A DNA stretch of 64,000 bases from positions 160,001 through 224,000 of the forward strand of contig CAXXWQ010000002.1 in NCBI GenBank assembly GCA_963674945.2. Reading direction: 5' to 3'. The notes below the pieces were generated by a model, which did no database searches, had not been told where the DNA came from, and worked only from the letters and a program-made list of their open reading frames with translations. This document shows, piece by piece, positions 55,890 through 64,000 of this stretch. Both the position numbers and the translations under genes were made by a program. Numbering within the stretch: the stretch's first letter is position 1; each line of letters opens with the position of its first letter. The DNA comes from an uncultured Desulfosarcina sp. (GTDB taxonomy: Bacteria; Desulfobacterota; Desulfobacteria; Desulfobacterales; Desulfosarcinaceae).

Positions 55890-58622
55890 CTAATGCCGCG
55901 TAAGGGCGCTGTAAACCCTCACCAGCCGATCGGGTAAATCGCGCACGTTACCGATAAGGGTATGGTGGGTGGCGCCGTACAGGCGATCCAGTTGGCCGTT
56001 ATCGCTGACGTTGACAGTGATGGCCTTGACGTGAATAGTGGCTGTCCGGGCCTCCATGATGGCCCGCCGTGTGTCTTCCACGGCATAGGCACCCTTGTAG
56101 GCAAGATCGTTGGGATAACCGTCCCCCAAGCAGATGATCAGTTTCGCCCGGGCCTGGATGTTGGAAAGGACGGCGGTGGCATGGCGGATGGCCGCACCCA
56201 TGCGCGTACTGCGCTGGGGGGCCATGGCGCCGATTCGCCCCTTTACCTTTTCATCCAATGGTTCGTCCAGGTCCTTGACCCGATAGTAATCCACGCCCAA
56301 CGGGCCGGAGCCGGAAAATCCGGCGATGGCGAAACGGTCTCCAACCACCGTCAATGCCTCGCAGAGAAGGACGATGGCCTGTTTCTCCACATCCAAAACA
56401 CGTGTACCCGACTGATCCACGGCATTGCCCGTCGATCGGGACAGGTCCACCAGCAAAAGGGCGACGACGTCCCGCTGTCGTTTCGTCCGTTTGATGTACA
56501 AACGATCGGAAGGCATCAACCCTGCTTTTTTGTCCATGGCGTAATCCAGCAGGGCACGGTAATCAAAGTCGTCTCCCTCCTTCCACTGGCGCAGGATGGT
56601 CAGCCCTTCCGGGCGCAAGAGTTCGAAGGCGTAGCGGATGCGCCGAACCAATCCGGAATGTTCGGTAACGGTTTGCCGGTAGATATCGGGACTCGTTCCG
56701 GTAATTTCTCTTTCCCGCAACCGAACCCGGTCCATCAGATAATCTGCCATGCAGGTGTCCCACTCCCGGTACCGAAAGGCCCTGGACTCGTCGACGTCTT
56801 TTTCCAATTGACGAATTCCATGGCTGCAAAGAACCGCGTGGAGGTCCAGCCTGGATGGCATGGCGGTGTCTTTATCGGCACCGTTTTTTGGGGTGCAGAC
56901 GATCAGCCGTTTCAGATCGGTCGTCGAGATCTGTCCCTGTTGTGAAACGAGCAGGTTGCAAAGGTCGGATCGATAGACTCTGATTTGCTGTTTTGCCAGA
57001 CGATCGCGGATATCCGCTGCCATTTGGTCATAGGCAGTGGGAACGGGACCGAAACACGATGGAATGAATCTTCTGCCGAAGGGGAGGACCAGGGGGCGAT
57101 AGTCTCCCAGAGACCTGCCGACCACCGGTTCCTCCGGATGCTTGGCATGTTTCAGGACCATGTATGCACTGGTCTGAACCGTGGCATCACCGGCCTCGAT
57201 CAACCTGCGGAAGCGATCCACCATGGGCCGGATGGAAGCCGTTCGGCGCGTTGCCGGTTTCAATGATTCACCCAGCACCAGGTGACGGTAGAGAAAATAC
57301 CAGGTGCCGCCGGGACTGCCGCCGATTCTGTCCAGCCGCGTCCCATGGGAAAGGATCGATGTGAGACGGCCATGAAGGCCCGGGTAGTTCCGTTTTACTT
57401 CATGGGCGATGCGGGCGTGCTCGAAAGTCGTGAACAGGTCCAACGCCTCATTCGAATCCTCAAAGAGGCGAAGAAAGCGTGCCAGATCGGATCGGGGCAC
57501 AGGTGATCCGGCCTCATCCAAAGGCTGCGGGAGGCCGACCTCATCCGATACCTTCTCCACATCAAAGGAAAATGTGCCGAATTCGATGACGCCGGCCTCC
57601 AGCCGGACGAGCAGCTTGTACAATTCGGCATTGTCCGCCTGCCGATCCATGACATCCATGTCATCGGGCAGGTAGATGGTTCGCCCATCGCAAAGGACCA
57701 TGGGCATCGGCATTTTCTCTTCCACCGGGATTGTTGGCAGGGCGGAAAAAGGACGGACGGCCACCGCCGATCCTGTTCGGGCGAACAGGTACCGTTCCAG
57801 GGCGGATCGAACCAAGGAGAGGGGAACGGTCACCTGTCGATCCCTGCACATCTTTTTGGCTCCCTCTGATTCGAGGGATAGGAATCGGGCACCCAATCGG
57901 GCATCTTTTTCATGTCGTCGGATCGCGTGGTCCAGAAAATCGTTCAGGGCCGTTTCGGAAAGCAGGTCGAGTCCTGCCGCCAAGCCCGTGAGGTATTGAT
58001 CGGCAAGCCGCTCATCCGTTTGGATCATCCTCGTCAAGCCTCGAATCTGCCATGGCCTTCGAGACGGTGAGAACCCGATGACGGCACGCGGCAGGGTATG
58101 GGTGAGATAGACCGTTCGATTGTATGAGGTGTCGAGGCCGTAGGTGGCCATCAGAAGGTCCAGGAAGGCCAGGGCGCTTATCATCTCCTTGTCCCGAATC
58201 AGGACTGAGAGCGTTTCCAGCGGTGCCTTGAGCGTATACGTGCCTTTTTTCAGCATCACCCGGGTGATCGAATCGAAACGGCCGGCCAGTTTGGGATCAC
58301 CGCAGGTCAATACCGGTATCAGGTGGGAGGCAAAGAGATTTGCCAGGGTCGGGCCATGGTCGGCGGCCACCTTCAAGATATTTCGGTATCGGTCCAGATG
58401 GGAAGGTATGCCGAGGGCCAACATTCGTCCCATGCCATCGGCAAAGTTGCGACCGAATGTGATCTCCATGGCCAGGGCCTGGATCACCTCGTCCACCACT
58501 TTGTCCAATGGAACATGGCCATCGGCGGGTTGCCAATCGTTCAGATGGCGCTGCATCCGTTTCGCCGCTTCGGGGTCGGCAACCGCCAGATGGTCCAATG
58601 ACGAGCGGACGTTTGCATCCAT
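55890..58622 (-). CDS. NorD/CbbO-like von Willebrand factor A protein with a long N-terminal extension
   Basis: YREWD...DY, GDDFD, MIDAS DLSRST, TRMGAAIRHA, DGYPND and AVEDTRRAI.EAR. Confidence 0.88.
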   Translation of the reverse strand: MDANVRSSLDHLAVADPEAAKRMQRHLNDWQPADGHVPLDKVVDEVIQALAMEITFGRNFADGMGRMLALGIPSHLDRYRNILKVAADHGPTLANLFASHLIPVLTCGDPKLAGRFDSITRVMLKKGTYTLKAPLETLSVLIRDKEMISALAFLDLLMATYGLDTSYNRTVYLTHTLPRAVIGFSPSRRPWQIRGLTRMIQTDERLADQYLTGLAAGLDLLSETALNDFLDHAIRRHEKDARLGARFLSLESEGAKKMCRDRQVTVPLSLVRSALERYLFARTGSAVAVRPFSALPTIPVEEKMPMPMVLCDGRTIYLPDDMDVMDRQADNAELYKLLVRLEAGVIEFGTFSFDVEKVSDEVGLPQPLDEAGSPVPRSDLARFLRLFEDSNEALDLFTTFEHARIAHEVKRNYPGLHGRLTSILSHGTRLDRIGGSPGGTWYFLYRHLVLGESLKPATRRTASIRPMVDRFRRLIEAGDATVQTSAYMVLKHAKHPEEPVVGRSLGDYRPLVLPFGRRFIPSCFGPVPTAYDQMAADIRDRLAKQQIRVYRSDLCNLLVSQQGQISTTDLKRLIVCTPKNGADKDTAMPSRLDLHAVLCSHGIRQLEKDVDESRAFRYREWDTCMADYLMDRVRLREREITGTSPDIYRQTVTEHSGLVRRIRYAFELLRPEGLTILRQWKEGDDFDYRALLDYAMDKKAGLMPSDRLYIKRTKRQRDVVALLLVDLSRSTGNAVDQSGTRVLDVEKQAIVLLCEALTVVGDRFAIAGFSGSGPLGVDYYRVKDLDEPLDEKVKGRIGAMAPQRSTRMGAAIRHATAVLSNIQARAKLIICLGDGYPNDLAYKGAYAVEDTRRAIMEARTATIHVKAITVNVSDNGQLDRLYGATHHTLIGNVRDLPDRLVRVYSALTRH

Positions 58623-58636
58623 ACACTACCTAAACA

Positions 58637-58791
58637 TGATGATCTCGTGAAAAGTCAGGTTTTCGGACGGTTTCGTAAAAAGTTCGAGATCAAGGATTGC
58701 GAGCCCCGAGGAACGAGGCGTATGGTTGGATACGTCGCAATGACGAGGGGCGAAGCGTAACGAAGATATCGGACTTTTTACGAATCCGTCA
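58637..58791. repeat. Family A element, copy 5
   Basis: Extra half-end TGATGATCTCGTGAAAAGTC, then GACGGTTTCGTAAAAAG...CTTTTTACGAATCCGTCA; overlaps the AAA+ gene stop. Confidence 0.93.
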
Positions 58792-59604
58792 AACATAAAG
58801 GTCCTCGATCAGGTCGGAGAGTGTCTCCTGCAGTCGATCGTCATCCGTGAGCGGTTGACACAGGGCCGCCGTGCAGGCATCGATGAACCCGATGCCGTTT
58901 TTCATCAAGTGGGCGGCATAGATGAGCAGCCGGGTGGAGGCGCCTTCGGTGAGACCGTGCTCGCGGATGTTCCTGATCTTTCCCGCCAGGGTGACCAGGC
59001 GCCTTGCCGTATCCATGGAAATGCCGCCTTCGGTCGCCACGATCTTCGACTCGGCGACAGCCTCGGGGTAATCGAAACAAAGGGCCACGAAGCGTTGGCG
59101 GGTGCTCTGTTTCAGGTCCTTTAACACCGACTGGTACCCCGGGTTGTAGGAGATGACCATCAAAAAATCGGGATGGGCCCGGATTACCTCCCCTTTTTTA
59201 TCGATGGAGAGGGTGCGCCGGTCGTCGGTGAGCGGGTGGATGACGACGGTGGTATCCTTTCGTGCCTCTACGATTTCATCCAGGTAGCAGATGGCTCCCA
59301 TGCGCACGGCCCGGGTCAGGGGGCCGTCCACCCAGACCGTTTCGTCGTCTTTGAGCAGGTATCGACCGATAAGATCCGAGGCGAAAAGGTCCTCGTGACA
59401 GGCCACGGTAATCAGGGGGCGATGGAGGCGAAAGGCCATGTGCTCGACGAAGCGGGTCTTGCCGCATCCGGTGGGCCCTTTGAGCATGATGGGAAGTCTT
59501 GCCGCTGCCGCTGCCTCGAACATCCGGATCTCATCTCCGGTGCTCAGGTAAAAGGGTTCGCTGTCGATGGTATACGGATTTTTCGAAGGACTGGTTTTTT
59601 CCAT
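58789..59604 (-). CDS. CbbQ/NirQ/NorQ family MoxR AAA+ ATPase
   Basis: [56 protein letters not shown] and STRLLIYA. Confidence 0.95.
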   Translation of the reverse strand: MEKTSPSKNPYTIDSEPFYLSTGDEIRMFEAAAAARLPIMLKGPTGCGKTRFVEHMAFRLHRPLITVACHEDLFASDLIGRYLLKDDETVWVDGPLTRAVRMGAICYLDEIVEARKDTTVVIHPLTDDRRTLSIDKKGEVIRAHPDFLMVISYNPGYQSVLKDLKQSTRQRFVALCFDYPEAVAESKIVATEGGISMDTARRLVTLAGKIRNIREHGLTEGASTRLLIYAAHLMKNGIGFIDACTAALCQPLTDDDRLQETLSDLIEDLYV

Positions 59605-59756
59605 CGGATCATCCCGTTTGTAATCTTTCCCGGTGCATCGAATCGCCTGGACGTTTCACAACCGATTCGTGGCCTCGGCAATCGGTGTTTGACATCAACC
59701 GAAAAGATTATATATTTGCTAATCTTTAATCCGCAAAGGACGATACCATATATCCG

Positions 59757-60926
59757 ATGAATGAGAAACTCAACAACGAGATGATCCACCAGCTGGATCA
59801 CGACGGAAAACAGATCACCCTGGTGGGGACGGCCCACGTATCCAAAGAGAGTGTGGACCTTGTCAAGACAGTCATCGACGAGGTAAAACCGGATACGGTC
59901 TGCGTCGAACTTTGTGAGAGCCGTGCCCAGGCCATTAACCAGAAGGACCGTTGGCGGGAGATGGACATCATCAAGGTGATCAAGGAGAAGAAGGCCTTTC
60001 TCCTTCTATCCAACCTGATGCTGGCATCCTTTCAAAAGCGAATCGCCGACAAGCTGGAGGTCTCTCCCGGTCAGGAGATGATCCAGGCCATGGAGTCGGC
60101 AAATGCCGTTGGCGCCAAGGTGCATATGGCGGACCGGGACATCCGGACCACATTATCCCGGACGTGGCGGAGCATGGGGCTGTGGGGCAAGACCAAACTG
60201 ATCTTCCAACTGCTTCTCTCTATGGGTGCCGTGGACGAGATCAGCGAGGAGGACGTGGAAAAGATGAAGCAGCAGGACATGCTGGCTTCGATCCTGGACG
60301 AGGTGGGAAAGTCCATGCCCCGAGTTCGTGAAACCCTCATCGACGAACGGGACCAATACCTGACCGAGCGGGTTCGCACCGCTCCCGGGCAGCGAATCGT
60401 CGCCGTGGTCGGCGCCGGCCACGTGCCGGGCATGTTGCGTAACTGGGAGCGTCCCATCGATCTTGCGCCCTTGATGGAATTGCCGCCAAAGGGCCCCTTT
60501 TCCAAGATTTTTAAATGGCTTCTGCCCTTTGCGATCTGTACGATGATCATTTATGGGTTTTTCCGCGGGGGAGCGGCCGCGGGTTCTGAAATGGTTACCT
60601 GGTGGGTCTTGGCAAACGGCGTCCTGGCCGGACTGGGTGCCCTGTTGGCCCTGGGTCACCCGTTTACCATCCTGTCATCCATACTGGCGGCACCACTGAC
60701 CTCTCTCAACCCCATGATTGCCGCGGGGTGGGTCTCGGGTCTGGTGGAGGCCTTTTCCCGTAAGCCCAGAGTCATGGATTTCGAAAATCTTTCCAGTGAC
60801 ATCGTTTCGGTCAAAGGGTTCTGGCGAAACAAAGTAACCCGGGTTCTGTTGGTGGTTGTCTTTACCAATCTTGGAAGTTCCGTCGGGACTTTTGTCGCCA
60901 TACCCATGATGATGAAGTTCCTATAG
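59757..60926 (+). CDS. TraB/GumN (pheromone-shutdown TraB-like) family protein
   Basis: LVGTAHVS, PDTVCVELC, PGQEM, ADRDI, LIDERD and AVVGAGHVPG; C-terminal TM helices. Confidence 0.92.
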   Translation: MNEKLNNEMIHQLDHDGKQITLVGTAHVSKESVDLVKTVIDEVKPDTVCVELCESRAQAINQKDRWREMDIIKVIKEKKAFLLLSNLMLASFQKRIADKLEVSPGQEMIQAMESANAVGAKVHMADRDIRTTLSRTWRSMGLWGKTKLIFQLLLSMGAVDEISEEDVEKMKQQDMLASILDEVGKSMPRVRETLIDERDQYLTERVRTAPGQRIVAVVGAGHVPGMLRNWERPIDLAPLMELPPKGPFSKIFKWLLPFAICTMIIYGFFRGGAAAGSEMVTWWVLANGVLAGLGALLALGHPFTILSSILAAPLTSLNPMIAAGWVSGLVEAFSRKPRVMDFENLSSDIVSVKGFWRNKVTRVLLVVVFTNLGSSVGTFVAIPMMMKFL

Positions 60927-61062
60927 GGGCCACGACAAAGGTTTTGGACTGTGTTATCGGTCGTCGCGGTATACATGCATACAGCTTCCTCCCTCTGGCC
61001 TTGCCAAAACAATTGTCGTGGCCCCTATGCCCGGATTTGAAATTTCAAATCCGAAATTATCT

Positions 61063-61866
61063 TTATGACTCTTGTGCGATCTTGACCACGGTACGCCGAT
61101 ATATCTTGCCGTCGTCCAGGTGGTGGGTCATGTGCACGGTTTCGATGCGTCCACGGGCAAAGTGCTGAATGCACTCCGGGTAGAGAATCCACTCTTGTTC
61201 CAACCCTTTTCGTTTCACCTCTTCCAGGGTATCGGTTTCCGAAATTAGAAAGGACCGTTGACCGATGATCGGTCCCGAGTCCTCGCCATAATCGATGAAA
61301 TGCACGGTGCATCCGCCTACCTTGCACCCATAGCGAAAGGTGTCGCCGTATCCATCCACTCCGGGAAACGAGGGCAATAGCGCCGGATGGATGTTCATGA
61401 TCCGGGGCCTGCCGGGGTCGGTGTTGAATCGGTCAATGAAATAGGGTGTGAGGTTTCGCATGAAACCGGCCAGTACGAGCAAATCGATGGGGCCAAAGGC
61501 CGCCATCTCGGATAGCAGGCGGTTTTCGGCGGCGGCCCGTGTTGAGAAAAAGGCCTGCAACCGATTTTCGTCGGCATCGGCGGCAAACAGATGCTGTTTG
61601 GCGATAACGGTCGACAATTGAAAATCGTCCGGTAATTCGAAGCCTGCGGGATCTTTTTTGCGGGCTTCGATGAACGGCCCATAATCGACGACGAAACTGG
61701 GAATGTTACTCTTTTTTGCCCGTTCGAGGCCCTTGACACCCGCCTTGTCCGATCCGACGAAGACCATTTCTCCATTGATTCGGCCATCTTCGCATGCATC
61801 GATGATGGCCTGTAGGTTGGTGCCACCGCCTGAGATCAGTGCACCAATGCGGATTTTATGCCCCAT
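61063..61866 (-). CDS. purN: Phosphoribosylglycinamide formyltransferase (with an internal insertion)
   Basis: LISGGGTNLQAI, VLAGFMR, NIHPALLPSFPG, GCTVHF and DSGPII. Confidence 0.95.
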   Translation of the reverse strand: MGHKIRIGALISGGGTNLQAIIDACEDGRINGEMVFVGSDKAGVKGLERAKKSNIPSFVVDYGPFIEARKKDPAGFELPDDFQLSTVIAKQHLFAADADENRLQAFFSTRAAAENRLLSEMAAFGPIDLLVLAGFMRNLTPYFIDRFNTDPGRPRIMNIHPALLPSFPGVDGYGDTFRYGCKVGGCTVHFIDYGEDSGPIIGQRSFLISETDTLEEVKRKGLEQEWILYPECIQHFARGRIETVHMTHHLDDGKIYRRTVVKIAQES

Positions 61867-62128
61867 CTTTCTTCCCCCTTTTTTATTGTACTCAATTTTG
61901 ACTGAAAAAGAGGTACCAGATATGAGCGAGTCATGTCAATTTTACCGGAGCTTTTCGTCATCGTATCCGGCTTTTCTTCGATCCTTGAACTTCTCATGGA
62001 AATCAAAAACCCATTTCACACCCTGCCCGAATGGCTGTGCATTGCCGCAGTTGACAATCCGTAGCCATGTTATTATGTTGATAAAGATTTTTAGGCGTTG
62101 CCAACATCCATCGAAAGGAATAATCATC

Positions 62129-62458
62129 ATGGCAGAAGGAATCATGGAAGTCGCAGACAATAGCTTTGATGCCGAAGTGCTGCAAAGCGATAAACCAACG
62201 GTCGTTGATTTCTGGGCACCCTGGTGTGGCCCCTGCAAAGCGATCGGCCCCGTACTCGATGAATTGGCTCAAACTTATGGTGAAAAGGTGAAATTCACCA
62301 AATGCAATGTAGATGATAATCCGGTAACCCCCGGCAAGTTCGGTATCAAAGCCATTCCCACCTTGATATTTTTTAAGGACGGAGAAGTCGCCGAGCAGAT
62401 CACCGGTATGGTGGCCAAAGCCAAACTCGAAGAGGCATTGAAAAACATTCTGTCCTGA
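62129..62458 (+). CDS. trxA: Thioredoxin
   Basis: DFWAPWCGPC and IPTL; ATG at 62129 with AAGGA RBS (109 aa). Confidence 0.96.
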   Translation: MAEGIMEVADNSFDAEVLQSDKPTVVDFWAPWCGPCKAIGPVLDELAQTYGEKVKFTKCNVDDNPVTPGKFGIKAIPTLIFFKDGEVAEQITGMVAKAKLEEALKNILS

Positions 62459-62484
62459 TGTAGAAAGATTCACACGGGCAATCA

Positions 62485-62524
62485 TCGACCGGCGGTGTGC
62501 CGAATGGGGTGCACCGCCGGTTGA
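62485..62524. other. GC-rich hairpin between trxA and bamD
   Basis: TCGACCGGCGGTG...CACCGCCGGTTGA; no U-tract, so function unclear. Confidence 0.4.
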
Positions 62525-62634
62525 CGTTCGGCGCAGCAAAACACGCTCGTGTTTCAATCGTTGCGGTCGTAGCCGGGTGCTGATCATTCGGTGCGCAGGC
62601 AACCAAAATAACGCCATTTCAAAATGAGGGTGCG

Positions 62635-63321
62635 ATGCGGGGGATGTTCATTGCTTCGGGCCTGGCATTGCTGATACTGATCGGGTGTGCCGGTGCCGAC
62701 GTAGGAGAGGAAAAGTCCGCCCAGGAGTTGATCCAGGAGGGGATGGAATTTTTCGAAAACGGAAAATACGAAAAGGCCGTCGATTCTTTCGAAAGACTTC
62801 GGGATTGGTATCCTTTTTCCAAGTATGCCATCCTGGCGGAGTTGAAGATTGCCGATGCCTACTACAACCTGGATTCCTATATCGAAGCGATTTTCGCCTA
62901 TGAAGAGTTCGAGCAACTTCACCCCCGCAACGAAGCCATCCCTTACGTCATCTACCGCATCGGTCGCAGCTACTTCAATCAGATCGATACCATCGACAGG
63001 GATCAATCCAATGCCGAAAAAGCCCTGGAAACCTTTCAGCGCCTGGTCCGCCAATATCCCAACGATGCTTACGCCACCATGGCCAGGAGCGACATGGTGG
63101 AATGTTATAAAAGCCTATCGGGACACCAGCTTTACGTGGGCGTGTTCTACTACAAGCAAAAAAACTATAAGGCCGCCAAGAAACGGTTTTTGGACCTGAT
63201 AAAAAAATATCCGGACGTGGGGCACCACTACAAAGCGCTGACATATCTTGCCAATTGTGATGCCTGGCTGAATTCGAATTTGCAAGTGCAGCAGGTGCCT
63301 TCGGCGCCTGGCGTGCCATGA
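62635..63321 (+). CDS. bamD: Outer membrane protein assembly factor BamD
   Basis: Lipobox LIGC; YPFSKYA..AEL..ADAYY, LHP, DRDQ and VGVFYYK..Y.AA..RF TPR pattern. Confidence 0.93.
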   Translation: MRGMFIASGLALLILIGCAGADVGEEKSAQELIQEGMEFFENGKYEKAVDSFERLRDWYPFSKYAILAELKIADAYYNLDSYIEAIFAYEEFEQLHPRNEAIPYVIYRIGRSYFNQIDTIDRDQSNAEKALETFQRLVRQYPNDAYATMARSDMVECYKSLSGHQLYVGVFYYKQKNYKAAKKRFLDLIKKYPDVGHHYKALTYLANCDAWLNSNLQVQQVPSAPGVP

Positions 63322-63429
63322 AGGGTCGCAGCGTTACAAAATCACTTTACATTCACGGTAAATTCATGTAACAAACATCGGCTTGGAAGACTGAAACGGG
63401 GGCTTTTCCCCATGATTCGATTAAAGCGA

Positions 63430-63613
63430 TAGTGTCTATCCAGAAATAGGCAAATTTGGTCGAGATCAAGCGCATGAAAAAATTTTGCCGCAGGTGCCCG
63501 AAGGAAATTCCCTTGGGGTGCATATGGTTGATATTCCGAGGATAAAATTTTTCGTGCAACAAGGATGTCGGCCAACTTTAACATTGGCTTTGGCCATTTA
63601 TGGATGGGCAATA
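63430..63613. repeat. Family C element, copy 2, carrying two internal insertions
   Basis: TAGTGTCTATCCAGAAATAGGCAAATTTGGTCGAGATCAAG...TGGATGGGCAATA; extra hairpin at 63495..63520. Confidence 0.88.
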
Positions 63614-63638
63614 GATAGGTACGGGAGATATTTACGTC

Positions 63639-63830
63639 ATGTCGAAAATGTGTGAACTCTGCGGCAAGAAACCCATGGTAGGAAGCAACATCAGCCATGC
63701 CCACAATATCAACAAGCGTCGGTTCAATCCCAATCTTCAAAGTGTCCGGGCTCTTTATAAGGGACAGGTGAAGAAGATGGTGGTGTGTACCCAATGCATC
63801 AAGTCCGGCAACGTGGTCAAGGCACCCTGA
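63639..63830 (+). CDS. rpmB: 50S ribosomal protein L28 (Cys-containing, Zn-ribbon type)
   Basis: [29 protein letters not shown]...VCTQCIKSG. Confidence 0.97.
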   Translation: MSKMCELCGKKPMVGSNISHAHNINKRRFNPNLQSVRALYKGQVKKMVVCTQCIKSGNVVKAP

Positions 63831-63836
63831 TACGTC

Positions 63837-64000
63837 CTATCCCAAGCGTTTGACCTCCAGCACCTGTTTCACCTGTTTCAATGATTCCACCACACGGGTC
63901 AGGTGCTCCGTACTTTCTACCGACAGCATGAAATAACTGTCCACGGTCTGGTTCTCTTTGGTCTCCGTGTTGGCACTGAGAATATTGGCTCCATTCTTTG
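63837..64000 (-). CDS. 3' end of a RelA/SpoT family (p)ppGpp synthetase/hydrolase (ACT domain), partial
   Basis: Manual translation KNGANILSANTETKENQTVDSYFMLSVESTEHLTRVVESLKQVKQVLEVKRLG* fits the C-terminal ACT domain; absent from the ORF track. Confidence 0.8.
   Translation of the reverse strand, partial: KNGANILSANTETKENQTVDSYFMLSVESTEHLTRVVESLKQVKQVLEVKRLG

Noticed and set aside
4482..58791. Family A or heptamer repeats as a CRISPR array or integron attC sites
   Set aside because: Copies are dispersed, with no repeat-spacer periodicity, no cas or integrase gene, and no consistent RYYYAAC/GTTRRRY ends.
33326..59604. HAO-like cytochrome, NtrYX and NorQ/NorD-like pair as one nitrogen-oxide pathway
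   Set aside because: They are separated by many unrelated genes and share no visible regulatory motif; the link rests on names only.
59757..60926. TraB-family gene as evidence of a conjugative element
   Set aside because: It is the TraB/GumN (pheromone-shutdown) family, a common chromosomal gene; no T4SS, relaxase or integrase is nearby.
61703..62128. 142-aa N-terminal extension of thioredoxin in the ORF track
   Set aside because: It overlaps purN antisense and the divergent promoter region; the ATG at 62129 has a proper RBS and gives a normal 109-aa thioredoxin.
63342..63794. Minus-strand ORFs 63342..63794 and 63353..63562
   Set aside because: They consist of family C repeat sequence and the antisense of rpmB.

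Overview
Gene-dense bacterial chromosome segment. It most likely comes from a sulfate-reducing Desulfobacterota (Desulfosarcina/Desulfobacteraceae-like); this is inferred from gene content and protein style and was not checked against a database. Housekeeping backbone: mutL, gatCA, argS-SPOR, lpxC-DUF4390-ntrY-ntrX-rsmD-coaD-LysR, comM/yifB, purN, trxA, bamD, rpmB and the 3' end of a relA/spoT gene. Accessory content: an enoyl-CoA hydratase / acyl-CoA ligase / SpmAB / amidohydrolase operon; a Tat-exported DUF362 / polyferredoxin / aldo-keto reductase redox cluster; a catalytically dead rhomboid; an octaheme HAO-like cytochrome; a sigma54-driven PEP-CTERM gene; a sigma54-driven LolA-like / beta-barrel / giant MMPL operon damaged by two in-frame deletions; and an orphan NorQ/NorD-like AAA+/VWA pair. 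The most striking unexplained structure is non-coding. At least five families of short palindromic interspersed repeats occupy many gene junctions. Two of these families have unrelated terminal inverted repeats but carry the same covarying hairpin core (CGAGATCAAGGC...GAGGCRTATGGTTG...AACGCMGATATCGG). One family repeatedly begins exactly on the stop codon of the upstream gene. No rRNA, tRNA, CRISPR array, transposase or integrase was recognised.
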